Assembly (NCBI GenBank): GCA_037441775.1
Contig: JBBIRO010000014.1
Span: forward strand, 1-53,011
DNA: 53,011 nt
Reading direction: 5' to 3'
Source: Syntrophobacterales bacterium
GTDB taxonomy: Bacteria > Desulfobacterota > Syntrophia > Syntrophales > CAMTWB01
The notes below the pieces were generated by a model that had not been told where the DNA came from, did no database searches, and saw only the letters and a program-made list of their open reading frames with translations. This document shows, one piece after another, positions 1 to 9,722 of this stretch; position 1 is the stretch's first letter, and the number at the start of each line of letters is the position of its first letter. Made by a program: the position numbers and the translations under genes.

Positions 1-183
1 AACGTTACCGCTCTCCAACATCCCTTCGGTTACATTTTTTAATGAGGCAATGGGTTCCTACACCTGATCACGGTCCATAACTACGGACAACCAGATATGC
101 CGCAGGCTCTCACGACCCTCTTTAGACCTGGTCATTTTGGATAGTTTCGACGAATTGAGAACATCGAGGAAATCTTGTTTGCT

Positions 184-345
184 CATGTTTGCTCAATCGC
201 GGGGCAGGCGATGGCCTCCCCGATCCTATCGGTGGCGTCCGCATCCAGTTTATCAAGGTGATCCCATAAGGTCTGGGATTCCAGATTTTCCTTCGGAATC
301 GGCGTATAGTGGCAAAGCGTGGTTACCTCTACCCATTGGGCAATA
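184..345 (-). pseudogene. Possible IS1634-family transposase remnant
   Basis: Manual translation gives IAQWVEVTTLCHYTPIPKENLESQTLWDHLDKLDADATDRIGEAI, which resembles the W..TTL...L.SQ.FWD.MD segment I recall from IS1634-type transposases; the frame is bounded by stops and has no start. Confidence 0.3.
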
Positions 346-547
346 GTGCCTTAAAATGTCTCGTATTACTTCTCAATAACGCCTTTTCGATAGTCGGTAA
401 TCGTAAATAACATCTGTAACCACCGCCAGTTAATGGTTCCGCAAGATTAGTCGCTCCTGTTGGCAAAAATCGGATGAAAGTTAATAGCGTAAAACCGACC
501 TACTTGCTAAAGACAGGGGGCGATCATAAGAATTAGCGGCTTCGTTA

Positions 548-1216
548 CTAAAGTAAAGGGGCGGACAGGTGCTTTCTGAAGCCTCTTTTGATGCTGGTGT
601 ATGTCTTGCGGTCCTTGGCGGCCAGAAAACGGGCAAGTTCCAGCGCCTTCTCCCATAACTGCGCCTGCGGGTAGGCCTGGTGTACGATTTGCATCTTCTG
701 GGCTTCCTTCCCCCCGATCCTCCTGCCCGTGAATAGCAGTTCCCCCAGGGCCTGGCCATCCGGGAACAGTCTCAGTATCTCGTGCATGACAGGCGTGAAG
801 GGAATCTTAATGTCTACCTCGGGCAGACAGAAATAACCCCGGTCTTCGCGCATAAAGCGAAAATCGAATGTGGCGGCAAGCAGGGCGCCTCCGGCATAGG
901 TATGACCGGTGAGGCAGCCGACAATGGGAAAATTCGCCAGGGCAAACCTTAGATAAAGCCGGTCCAGGAGGGTGGCGAACTCAAGAAAGTACTCGGGAGG
1001 CTGGGTGATTATCCAGTCCAGGTTGATCCCGTTACAGAAGAACTTTTCATCGTTGCTTGTTACCAGAAGGGCGATGTTTCCCTCCGTAGCTTCCAGCTCC
1101 GCCAAAACAGCGTTGTATTCCGCCACTACATCCGCCGTGAGGGTATTGGCATTTTGTCCGTTGGTCAGGGTAAGAATGTAGAGAGCGTCGTCGCGTGTCA
1201 GTTCCATTGTAGCCAT
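548..1216 (-). CDS. Enoyl-CoA hydratase/isomerase (crotonase) family protein, delta3-delta2-isomerase-like
   Basis: KFFCNGINL, GHTYAGG and FCLPEVDI motifs; ATG at 1216 follows a GGAGG RBS; the longer ORF start at 1336 lies inside a repeat element. Confidence 0.85.
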   Translation of the reverse strand: MATMELTRDDALYILTLTNGQNANTLTADVVAEYNAVLAELEATEGNIALLVTSNDEKFFCNGINLDWIITQPPEYFLEFATLLDRLYLRFALANFPIVGCLTGHTYAGGALLAATFDFRFMREDRGYFCLPEVDIKIPFTPVMHEILRLFPDGQALGELLFTGRRIGGKEAQKMQIVHQAYPQAQLWEKALELARFLAAKDRKTYTSIKRGFRKHLSAPLL

Positions 1217-1241
1217 ATAAGTTCCTCCCGTTGGTATAGAT

Positions 1242-1399
1242 TTGAGGGCTTTGTAAAAAGTCAAAGGCTCCATCTCCCTTGAGGAAAGAGGGTTTGCGGC
1301 GAGGGGAATATAATGCCGGCTATTTCGAATATTCAAGTTCCCTCCCCTTCATCCCATCCCGCGAGGGGAGGGGAATGCGGACTTTTTACATCGCAGTAA
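1242..1399. repeat. MITE/REP-like element with terminal inverted repeats
   Basis: Perfect IR TGTAAAAAGTC (1252-1262) / GACTTTTTACA (1380-1390) flanking an internal CTCCCTTGAG...CCCGCGAGGGGAGGGGAA imperfect palindrome. Confidence 0.75.
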
Positions 1400-1406
1400 T
1401 AATCGG

Positions 1407-2774
1407 TTATTCTTGGCGCCGCAGGTTGTATTTAATCATTTTCATCTGTAGTCCCTTGCGGCTGATGCCCAGCCGCCGGGCCGTCCTGGTTACGTTCCCC
1501 ACCTCCTCTTCGAGCGCCTTGACAATAGTCTGGCGCTCCCCCTCCTCCAGGTGTTCCTTCAGAATGAGGTTGAACGGTTTTCCGTTTTCGCAGGGCGTGC
1601 TAATGTCCAGCTTGTCAAAATTCAGTTCGGCGGGCAGGTCAGCTAAAGTAATTGATCTACCCGTTGCCACCAGAACGAGACGTTCCATTAGATTTTCCAG
1701 TTCTCGGATATTTCCCGGCCAGGAATATCTTTGGAAAATTTGCCTTACCTCCGGATCGATTTTCTTGATATTACCTGCCAGCTTATCATTAAAGCGCGAA
1801 AGGAAATGATCAGCCAGCAGCTCCACGTCTTCCCGTCGTTCCCTTAGCGGCGGTATCTGGATCGGAAATATGTTGAGTCGATAATACAAGTCTTCCCGGA
1901 AGTTTCCAAGCTTTACCTCATCCAGAAGATTACGGTTAGTGGCTGCCACCAGACGTACATCAACCTTGATAATCTTGAGGCCTCCCAGGCGTTCGAACTC
2001 CTGTTCCTGAATCAGGCGGAGAATCTTGACTTGCATCTCTTTGGGTATTTCGCCGATTTCGTCGAGAAAAACAGTGCCCCGGTCGGCAATTTCAAATTTT
2101 CCCTGTTTACGAAAGTGAGCGCCGGTAAATGCCCCCTTCTCGAACCCGAAGAGTTCGCTCTCCATAAGATTTCCCGGTATCGCGCCACAGTTGATCTTGA
2201 TGAAAGGATTATCCCGGCGGGGGCTGTTCATATGGATGGCCTTGGCCACCAGTTCCTTGCCGGTGCCGGTCTCCCCGGTAATAAGGACAGTAGTACGGGT
2301 GGGGGCGACTTTTTTAATCTTTTCATAAATTTGCTCAATAGCCGGGCTTAACCCGATTATTCCCTGGCGGTCAAAGTCGCCCGCTTCCGGCAGGTATTCA
2401 CTTTGATCCAAGTGTCGCGAGGTCAGGGCCTTCTTCAGCAGCGCTCTTAGCTCATCGAGTTCAAACGGCTTGGTTATATAATCGAAGGCGCCCCTCTTTA
2501 CCGCGTCCACAGCGCCCGCGACAGTAGCGTAAGCACTGATGATGATTACCGGAATGGCCGGATAATGTCGCGTAATCTGATCCAAAAGACCGAGTCCATC
2601 CAGTCGGGGCATTTTAAGATCGGTAATTACTGTGTCTATACCTCCTGCCTTGATGATCTGCCAGGCCTCCCGACCATCCGCGGCCAGAGCCACTCCGTAG
2701 CCTTCCCGGGAGATCATGGCCTCAAGGACAAGGCGCATATTCAATTCATCGTCAACAACCAGTATTTTGGGCAT
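1407..2774 (-). CDS. Sigma54-dependent response regulator (NtrC/AtoC family)
   Basis: REC domain (VVDDE, TDLKMP), Walker [25 protein letters not shown] and a Fis-type HTH. Confidence 0.95.
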   Translation of the reverse strand: MPKILVVDDELNMRLVLEAMISREGYGVALAADGREAWQIIKAGGIDTVITDLKMPRLDGLGLLDQITRHYPAIPVIIISAYATVAGAVDAVKRGAFDYITKPFELDELRALLKKALTSRHLDQSEYLPEAGDFDRQGIIGLSPAIEQIYEKIKKVAPTRTTVLITGETGTGKELVAKAIHMNSPRRDNPFIKINCGAIPGNLMESELFGFEKGAFTGAHFRKQGKFEIADRGTVFLDEIGEIPKEMQVKILRLIQEQEFERLGGLKIIKVDVRLVAATNRNLLDEVKLGNFREDLYYRLNIFPIQIPPLRERREDVELLADHFLSRFNDKLAGNIKKIDPEVRQIFQRYSWPGNIRELENLMERLVLVATGRSITLADLPAELNFDKLDISTPCENGKPFNLILKEHLEEGERQTIVKALEEEVGNVTRTARRLGISRKGLQMKMIKYNLRRQE

Positions 2775-2832
2775 AATATCGGCTTCTAATATGGAATAAG
2801 GCCAGTGTCAAGGTGGCTGGGCACGAGCCACG

Positions 2833-4344
2833 TCAGACCTTGAACCAGATGAGGAATACAGTTCCCTGGCCGGCAAGAGACTTGACCTCAATATTGCCGC
2901 CATGTTTTCGGATGATTTGCTGGCAGATCGCCAGTCCCAGACCGACCCCCCGCTTCTTGGTAGTAAAAAAGGGATTGAAGATGTTTTTGATGTTTTCTCT
3001 GCTGATTCCCTCACCGGTATCGCCAATGGCGATACCAACTTTGTCGCTGCCGTCGGCGTTTTTGGAAAGTAGCGTTCTGAACGAAAGAACGCCATGGTCA
3101 GGCATGGCATCCACAGCATTAAGGCCGATATTGAGGAGAACCTGAATGACCTGCTCGGCATCAACCTTTACCAAAGGAAGCTGGGAATGAATTTCCTTGC
3201 GAATGGCGATTTTCTCATTATTGGTGTTGGCCTCGATCAAGGTTATGGCACGGTTCAATATGACAATGATGTCCTGTTCAGCCGGTTTTATCTCGTAGGG
3301 CTTGGCATAGTTTATAAACTGAGATACCACCCGGTTCAAACGGTCTGTCTCGTCTATGATAACCTGCAACAACCCCTGCTGTTGCGGGAGAGCATCTGCC
3401 TTGAGATACTGGGCAGCTCCTTTAATCGAGCCCAATGGGTTGCGTATTTCGTGGGCCAAAACAGGTGCCATCTCTTCCAATAGATGTGCTTTTTCCCTCT
3501 CCAGCCTCCGGTCCAGTTCATAAAAAGAAGTAAAAATATCTTTGCCTTCTGGGTATATATAGGCAAATATCCTTTCTAAAAGCAGGCGGAGCGTGGGAAT
3601 GGAAATAACCACAATCAACGAGGCAATGAACACCTGGGTGAAGAGAGGGCTTGCCCCATTACTGAAAAGTTCGGCAAAAATGATAATCGTCATGGCGGCG
3701 AGAAACGACATGACGACTATTCCCGCTGCCCGGGCCATTAATTCGTACAGTTTAGTCAGTTGGGGATAGACAATAATCATCCAGGTGAAATACATCAGTC
3801 CCGCAAAAGCCAAATCAGTCACATATCGCTGTGACTGGCCGATAATGAGGTCCAGGCAGCCAATGGTGATGGTTAAGGCCAGCGCCGTCGCCTGATATTC
3901 GAGCCGCTTTTTTTCCGCCCCCTCAGGCTTTAGCCGCAAGTGATAAAGCACGCGCAAAAGAATATAAGCCATCGCCATCGCCAGCAAGGTTTCCATTATC
4001 GGAAACAGAAGTTCCCGCAAGCCCGGTCTGGCGAAAAATAGAGCGAACGAAAGAAAACTGATGAGCGAAGTTATGGGCAATATTCTCTTTGTCCGGATGG
4101 CTTCGCCCTGCGCAAGGTAATTCATAAACAGAACCAGAGCCGGCCCCAGTCCCACGAGGCCGGCAAATCTTATCAGGTTTGGGTAGAGACCCGGGGAGAG
4201 ATCAAAGAGAAATGAGCCTCCGCGGTAAAGGAAAACAAAAAAACATATCAAGACAAAAGGCAGATTAATACGATCGGTCTTTTTCCGTAGCAGCAGGCTT
4301 AGTGCTAAAACCAGGCTGATTAAGGCCAGGGTAAGTTTTTCCAA
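2833..4344 (-). CDS. Membrane-bound sensor histidine kinase
   Basis: Multi-TM N-terminus, AHEIRNPL H-box, NAVDAM, DTGEGI, FFTTK and GVGLGL; TTG start at 4344 follows AAAGGA. Confidence 0.92.
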   Translation of the reverse strand: MEKLTLALISLVLALSLLLRKKTDRINLPFVLICFFVFLYRGGSFLFDLSPGLYPNLIRFAGLVGLGPALVLFMNYLAQGEAIRTKRILPITSLISFLSFALFFARPGLRELLFPIMETLLAMAMAYILLRVLYHLRLKPEGAEKKRLEYQATALALTITIGCLDLIIGQSQRYVTDLAFAGLMYFTWMIIVYPQLTKLYELMARAAGIVVMSFLAAMTIIIFAELFSNGASPLFTQVFIASLIVVISIPTLRLLLERIFAYIYPEGKDIFTSFYELDRRLEREKAHLLEEMAPVLAHEIRNPLGSIKGAAQYLKADALPQQQGLLQVIIDETDRLNRVVSQFINYAKPYEIKPAEQDIIVILNRAITLIEANTNNEKIAIRKEIHSQLPLVKVDAEQVIQVLLNIGLNAVDAMPDHGVLSFRTLLSKNADGSDKVGIAIGDTGEGISRENIKNIFNPFFTTKKRGVGLGLAICQQIIRKHGGNIEVKSLAGQGTVFLIWFKV

Positions 4345-4379
4345 AGACTGTTCCTTTCCGGGGCGTAAATAACTATCTA

Positions 4380-4408
4380 AATCTACCCAAGTAGTCAATG
4401 GAAGTCAA
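4380..4408 (-). promoter_or_regulatory. Putative sigma70 promoter of the kinase/regulator operon
   Basis: TTGACT-N17-TAGATT on the minus strand, about 35 bp upstream of the TTG start. Confidence 0.5.
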
Positions 4409-4546
4409 GTAAGTCGGCTTCCTCAAAAAGTAAAAAGCGGCTTTTCCAGGAAAAAAGAGGGTTTAGGCGAGGCGAGGGAAAACAGGATATTTTACAAAGT
4501 TTTCAAATAAACCTCACTTTAATCATGCGAGGGAACTAGTTTGCAG

Positions 4547-4566
4547 GTGCGAAGTATTGTTCGCAC
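4547..4566. promoter_or_regulatory. Palindromic site, candidate upstream activator sequence
   Basis: Perfect GTGCGAA-N6-TTCGCAC about 130 bp upstream of the candidate sigma54 promoter. Confidence 0.5.
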
Positions 4567-4692
4567 TGTATAGCTCGCTTCACACCAGGAAAAAGACGTT
4601 TAGATCATATGCGGCAGATCGAAGCGGTGGCGCATGAATAAATTCTCTGTAATTTCCGATGCATGGAGAAATTGAGCGTTAACTTAACCATG

Positions 4693-4708
4693 TGGCACGG
4701 TTTGTGAG
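4693..4708 (+). promoter_or_regulatory. Candidate sigma54 -24/-12 promoter of the fab-like operon
   Basis: TGGCACG-GTTT-GTGAG: perfect -24 element but deviant -12 (GTGA instead of TTGC); a sigma54 activator is encoded divergently. Confidence 0.45.
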
Positions 4709-4783
4709 TGAGAGTCCGCGGTTCTTATTCGCTATGCAATCAATATGGTCCATTGCCGATACCAGGAAAGGAGATCAATAGAT

Positions 4784-5731
4784 ATGTCCCAAAGCAGAAT
4801 TGCCGTGGTTTTTCCCGGTCAAGGGTCGCAGCGGTTTGGTATGGGAAAAGATTTTTACGAACAGGAGAGCGTCTGCCGAAAGACTTACGAGGAAGCTTCC
4901 GATGTCCTGGGATGGGACGTTGGGGCCATCTGTTTTGGCGATGATGCCCGTCTGCATCAAACCGAATATACCCAGCCCTGTATTGTAACAACCGAAGTCG
5001 CCATGCTGCGTGGGCTAGCTGAAAGATATGGTTTTGAGCCGAATATCTATGGCGGCCACAGCCTGGGAGAATATAGCGCGCTGGTTGCGGCAGGAGTCAT
5101 TCCTCTGGCCGTGGCTCTGACCATTGTCGTCGTTCGGGGACGACTGATGCAGGAGGCGATGCCCCTGGGTACGGGAGCCATGGCGGCGGTGATTAGTCCA
5201 GATCTGGATACGGAGGCGATCAGGAGGCAGATTTTTGATTTGCCAATCGATTTAGCAAACCTCAACTCGCGGGAACAGATTGTGATCAGCGGCAGCGCCG
5301 AGGCCATGCCGGAGGCGGAAGCGCGTATCAGCGCCTTTATGGAAGCCCAAAAGAGAGAATGTCGAATTGTGCGCCTTAATGTCAGCGCCGCGTTTCACAG
5401 CCGCTTCATGCAGTCGATCCAGGAGCCGCTGGCGAAAAAAATTGCTGAGGTCCGAGATGATATTACGGTAAAAAACGCCGCTTACGTAACATCCAATTAT
5501 ACCGGTGGGTTTCATGTTCCTTCAGAAGAGCGGTTATGTCAGAGCTTGATTGCGCAAGTCAGCAAAACAGTCCGTTGGAAAGAAAATGTGGAGGCAATAT
5601 CACCGCTGGTGGATGAGGTTTACGAGATTGGCCCCACCCGGCCCCTAAAGGCCCTCTTGGGCAGTATGGGAGTGGAATGCCGGGCCATAACCACTTTGGC
5701 AGCGGCTGAGAAAATCTTCGGGATGAACTAA
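4784..5731 (+). CDS. fabD: Malonyl-CoA:ACP transacylase
   Basis: FPGQGSQ, TQP, GHSLGEY, AFHS and EIGP motifs; ATG at 4784 follows AGGAG. Confidence 0.93.
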   Translation: MSQSRIAVVFPGQGSQRFGMGKDFYEQESVCRKTYEEASDVLGWDVGAICFGDDARLHQTEYTQPCIVTTEVAMLRGLAERYGFEPNIYGGHSLGEYSALVAAGVIPLAVALTIVVVRGRLMQEAMPLGTGAMAAVISPDLDTEAIRRQIFDLPIDLANLNSREQIVISGSAEAMPEAEARISAFMEAQKRECRIVRLNVSAAFHSRFMQSIQEPLAKKIAEVRDDITVKNAAYVTSNYTGGFHVPSEERLCQSLIAQVSKTVRWKENVEAISPLVDEVYEIGPTRPLKALLGSMGVECRAITTLAAAEKIFGMN

Positions 5732-5746
5732 AATTAAGGCGGACAA

Positions 5747-6943
5747 ATGTGTTTTCAAATTTTCGAAACTGACCAGAACTACGTTGATCTGGTGAGCGTA
5801 TTTGTCAAGAAAGAAATTCTTGACGGCATCATGATCCGGGAGAAAAAACATGATTTTCCCTCTGATATCATCAAAAAAGTATGGGAACTGGGGATCATGA
5901 ATATCTGCATCCCGGAATCGCTTAAAGGCTACTCGCTGGATATTACATCAGGCGCAAGAATTATTCAGGAGCTATCCTACGGGGACACGGGCATATCGAC
6001 TTCGGCCATGTGCAACGATTTGGCCAATCAGGTCATTGCGCAGCATGGTTCCCTCAGGCAGCAGGAAATGTTTCTTCGTCCTTTTGTCGAAAAGCCGCTA
6101 TTGGCCTCTTTTTGTTTAACTGAACCCGATGCCGGCTCCGACAATTCGGCGATGACCACGACTCTCACCAGGAGTAACGACGGAAAATATATTCTAAACG
6201 GCGCGAAATGTTTTATCACCAATGCCTCTTATGCCTCGCAGTTCACCGTCTTTAGCAAGCTGGGAAGCCCCGGCAGTAAGCTCCTTGCCTGTGTGGTTAT
6301 TCCGGTGCCAGGCGATCCCCCTCAGGCTGATTCGCAGGTTGCGACAGGCAGAATAATCCGTCTGCCGGAAGGAGGCCTGATTGCTATCGGCAAGCCCGAG
6401 GACAAGCTTGGTCAACGCCTGTCCAATACGGCCAGCGTTACTTTCGAGGATGTTGTCGTTGATGAAAGCCAGATTATCGGCGACCGGCGGCAGGGCTTCA
6501 AATATATTATCGATATTTTGGATTTCGCTCGGCCGATGGTGGCGGCAATCGGAGTCGGTCTGGCGCGGCGAGCGTTTGCGGTAACGCTGGATTACACCCG
6601 GCAGCGGAGGCAGTTCGGGGTCCGGCTCTGTGACCTGCCCGTGGTTCGCGACATGTTGGTCAAGATGTGGAAACGGGTGGAATTGTCCGAAATGGCCCTC
6701 ATGAAAGCAGCCTGGAAGGTGCAAACGCAGGCGGAAGATAGAGGGATTTATGCGTCTTTGGCCAAAAATACCGCTGCTGAGGCGGCTCTATTCTGTACCC
6801 AGGAGGGCCTTCATCTGCACGGTGGCTACGGTTTCATGGCGGAATACGAAATTTCCAAGCTGGCCCGCGATGCCCACATCATCGACATTTACGAGGGAGT
6901 GAGAGAAGTGCAGGATATGATTATCGGCCGGGAGATAATTTAA
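5747..6943 (+). CDS. Acyl-CoA dehydrogenase family protein
   Basis: FCLTEPDAGSD, NGAKCFITN, RRQFG, HGGYGF and IYEG (catalytic Glu). Confidence 0.92.
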   Translation: MCFQIFETDQNYVDLVSVFVKKEILDGIMIREKKHDFPSDIIKKVWELGIMNICIPESLKGYSLDITSGARIIQELSYGDTGISTSAMCNDLANQVIAQHGSLRQQEMFLRPFVEKPLLASFCLTEPDAGSDNSAMTTTLTRSNDGKYILNGAKCFITNASYASQFTVFSKLGSPGSKLLACVVIPVPGDPPQADSQVATGRIIRLPEGGLIAIGKPEDKLGQRLSNTASVTFEDVVVDESQIIGDRRQGFKYIIDILDFARPMVAAIGVGLARRAFAVTLDYTRQRRQFGVRLCDLPVVRDMLVKMWKRVELSEMALMKAAWKVQTQAEDRGIYASLAKNTAAEAALFCTQEGLHLHGGYGFMAEYEISKLARDAHIIDIYEGVREVQDMIIGREII

Positions 6944-7935
6944 TGCTGTATCTGCACGGGGTTGGCCACTTTCATCCGGAAAATGTCATTACCAACAGAT
7001 TTCTGGAAGAGCTTGATATTGGAACTAACAACGAGTGGATCATGGAGCGCGTGGGAATAGAGTCCCGCCGCACGCTGTTGCCGCTCGATTACATCAAAAG
7101 CACGAAAAACCAGGATTTACGAGTGGCCTACGAAGCGGCGCTCTACACCAACGCCCAGACCGGGGCGGCGGCGGCGCGGATGGCCCTTGCCAGGGCAAAA
7201 TTATGTCCCCAGGATATAGGCCTGGTAATCGCCGGCAGCAGCGCTCCGGAATACCTGTCGCCGGCGGAGTCGGCCAGTATTGCGGCCGAGCTCGGCATTG
7301 ATGCCGCCTGTTTTGACATCAACTCGGCTTGTACAACTTTTGGAGTGCAGGTGAATTTTCTGGCAGCTTTGAAGCCACAAGCCTCCCCACCCTTCATTCT
7401 GTTGGTCAATCCGGAAAATATCACCCGCAGCATTGATTACCAGGACCGCAACACGGCCGTATTATTCGGGGACGCCACCTCCGCCGCAGTGTTGTCGGCT
7501 GTTGTTCCGACGGATAAGGTTATCATTTCCTGTGCCGTGCATTCCAATCCGTCTCAGTGGGATAAGGTCAGAATACCGCGGTTGGGCTTTTTCCGCCAGG
7601 ATGGCAGCGCGGTACAGCGTTTTGCCATTCACAAGACCACGGAAATGCTGCGGCTCTTGATGGCCGGTTGCTCCATGGACAAGGCGCCCCCGCTGTTCAT
7701 TGGCCATCAGGCCAACAGAATCATGCTTAATACTGTTTGTGAACGGGCCGGGATTAAGGAGGAAAACCACTGGTACAACGTAAATAACTACGGGAACACC
7801 GGCAGCGCGGGCGCTCCGGCTGTTTTAAGCCAGCGCTGGGATGAGATTCGGTCCGGACAGCAAATAGCGATGGTCATTGTAGGCGCGGGCCTAACATGGA
7901 CCAGGATGTTATTGCAAGTGGAGGGAGCAGATTGA
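6943..7935 (+). CDS. fabH: 3-oxoacyl-ACP synthase III family protein
   Basis: Cys-His-Asn triad: NSACTT, GHQAN, YGNTGSA; LFGDA motif. Confidence 0.88.
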   Translation: MLYLHGVGHFHPENVITNRFLEELDIGTNNEWIMERVGIESRRTLLPLDYIKSTKNQDLRVAYEAALYTNAQTGAAAARMALARAKLCPQDIGLVIAGSSAPEYLSPAESASIAAELGIDAACFDINSACTTFGVQVNFLAALKPQASPPFILLVNPENITRSIDYQDRNTAVLFGDATSAAVLSAVVPTDKVIISCAVHSNPSQWDKVRIPRLGFFRQDGSAVQRFAIHKTTEMLRLLMAGCSMDKAPPLFIGHQANRIMLNTVCERAGIKEENHWYNVNNYGNTGSAGAPAVLSQRWDEIRSGQQIAMVIVGAGLTWTRMLLQVEGAD

Positions 7936-8528
7936 ATTACGCGGATTTTCTTAAGAGCAATCAATTCGGGCAGGAAGAACTGCTGGCCTTTGCTTATGGA
8001 CGACTGGTGGATGACCCTCCGCCCAATTTTGACAGCCGTTTGCCGACGCCTCCCTTTTTGATGATCGATCGGATCCTGTCCATCAGCAGCAATGGCAGGC
8101 AAGGCCAGATTGTCGCCGAGCAGGATGTAAGGCTCGATGCCTGGTATTTTCAATGTCATCTGCCGGGCGACCCGATTCATCCGGGCTGCCTGTGTGTGGA
8201 TGCCATTTGGCAGTTGCTGGGTTTTTACTGTATCTGGCGCGGGGCTTTGGGTTCCGGTCGGGCGCTGGGCTGCGGGGAGGTGTCTTTTAACGGGCAGGTG
8301 CGCCCGTTAAACCGTTGTTTGCGCCACGAGATCAAGGTGCGAAGATTTTCCCTGCTGAAGGAATCAGGCGCCGCCATTGTCATCGGCGATGCCCGCATAT
8401 TTGTCGATAACGAACATATCATGGATGTAACCGCCGCCCGCACCGGTATTTTCCGGGGAATCGGCTACCATGATTACCCGCTGCGCTCGGCCAATTCGAT
8501 AGGCGGGCGGATGAAGGAGCCAAGATGA
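7932..8528 (+). CDS. fabA: 3-hydroxyacyl-ACP dehydratase/trans-2-enoyl isomerase (FabA type)
   Basis: LPTPPFLMIDRI, WYFQCHLPGDPIHPGCLCVDAIWQLLGF (His/Asp dyad) and GRALG; TTG start overlaps the fabH stop. Confidence 0.88.
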   Translation: MNYADFLKSNQFGQEELLAFAYGRLVDDPPPNFDSRLPTPPFLMIDRILSISSNGRQGQIVAEQDVRLDAWYFQCHLPGDPIHPGCLCVDAIWQLLGFYCIWRGALGSGRALGCGEVSFNGQVRPLNRCLRHEIKVRRFSLLKESGAAIVIGDARIFVDNEHIMDVTAARTGIFRGIGYHDYPLRSANSIGGRMKEPR

Positions 8529-9253
8529 GTGTAAAACCTGTAGCCCTGGTGACCGGGGGCAGCCGGGGAATCGGCGCCGCCTGCTGCCGAACCCTCGCCC
8601 GTGATGGTTTCCGCGTGGGTATCCACTTTCGGCTGGGAAAAGAGGAGGCCGAAGACCTGCTGGCAGAAATCAAAGACGGCTTTTTGATCCAGGGGGACCT
8701 GGCAGCGATCGACCAGGTGGACCGGATGCTGACCGACCTCAAAAAAATGACCGATCATGTCGATGTGCTAGTCAACAATGCCGGCTTTTCGCTCAACGCC
8801 GATATTAACGCCATGAAAATCGATCAGTTTGATTTGCAGCGCGCCTTAACCAGAGGCGTCTGGTATTTGACCAAAAGAATCGTTCGCCTCTATATGCTGC
8901 GCGGAAACCATGGCCGGATAATCAATATTTCCAGTGTTGTAGGGCATACGGGAAACCCAGGTCAGATCCCCTATACCATGGAGAAGGCGGCTATGGATGC
9001 CTTTAGCAAGTCTCTGGCCCGGGAGCTGGCCGGGCGCAACATTCTTGTAAATTCCGTAGCCCCCGGTTTCATCGCGACAGAAATGAGCGAGAAACTTCCC
9101 GAAGAAGTAAAAAATCGCTTTCTATCCGCTATTCCCCTGGGAAGGCCCGGCAGGCCGGAGGAGGTAGCCGATGCGGTATCTTTTTTAGCAAACAGGGGCA
9201 GCTATATAACCGGCAGCGTTCTGCATGTTAACGGAGGTCTGTATGGAGGCTGA
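8525..9253 (+). CDS. fabG: 3-oxoacyl-ACP reductase (SDR)
   Basis: TGGSRGIG, NNAG, YTMEK (YxxxK), VAPGFIAT. Confidence 0.88.
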   Translation: MSVKPVALVTGGSRGIGAACCRTLARDGFRVGIHFRLGKEEAEDLLAEIKDGFLIQGDLAAIDQVDRMLTDLKKMTDHVDVLVNNAGFSLNADINAMKIDQFDLQRALTRGVWYLTKRIVRLYMLRGNHGRIINISSVVGHTGNPGQIPYTMEKAAMDAFSKSLARELAGRNILVNSVAPGFIATEMSEKLPEEVKNRFLSAIPLGRPGRPEEVADAVSFLANRGSYITGSVLHVNGGLYGG

Positions 9254-9722
9254 CCGGTGGATGCGGGAGCTTGTTTTGGCAATGGTTCCCCAAGTGCGCC
9301 CCTTTCGGTTTATTGATGAGATACTGGAACTAAGTGAAACGCGGATTGTCGGCGGCTACCGTTTTCGGCCGGACGAGTATTTTTACCCGGGTCACTTCCC
9401 CGGCCGCGCAATTACCCCTGGTGTGATCCTAATTGAAACGATGGCTCAAACCGCTGTGGTGGCGCAGGGCCTTTACCTTACCCTGCGGCGGGAAAAAACG
9501 CTACCGCAACAGGCCCCGCCAATGCTTACCCTTTTTACATTGGCGGAAGAAGTTGAATTCAACAGAATTGTCAGCCCGGGTGAAAGGGTTATCGTTACCG
9601 GCGAAAAATTATATTTCCGGCAAAACGTAATCAAATCTAAAGTGGAGATGAAAGACGAGCGCGGCCAAGTAATTTGTTGCGGCAGGCTGACCGGGAAGGG
9701 GGTAATGCTCAATGAGACCTAG
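9243..9722 (+). CDS. fabZ: 3-hydroxyacyl-ACP dehydratase (FabZ type)
   Basis: PFRFIDEI and GHFPGRAITPGVILIETMAQ (His/Glu dyad); start could be 9243 or 9261. Confidence 0.85.
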   Translation: MEADRWMRELVLAMVPQVRPFRFIDEILELSETRIVGGYRFRPDEYFYPGHFPGRAITPGVILIETMAQTAVVAQGLYLTLRREKTLPQQAPPMLTLFTLAEEVEFNRIVSPGERVIVTGEKLYFRQNVIKSKVEMKDERGQVICCGRLTGKGVMLNET

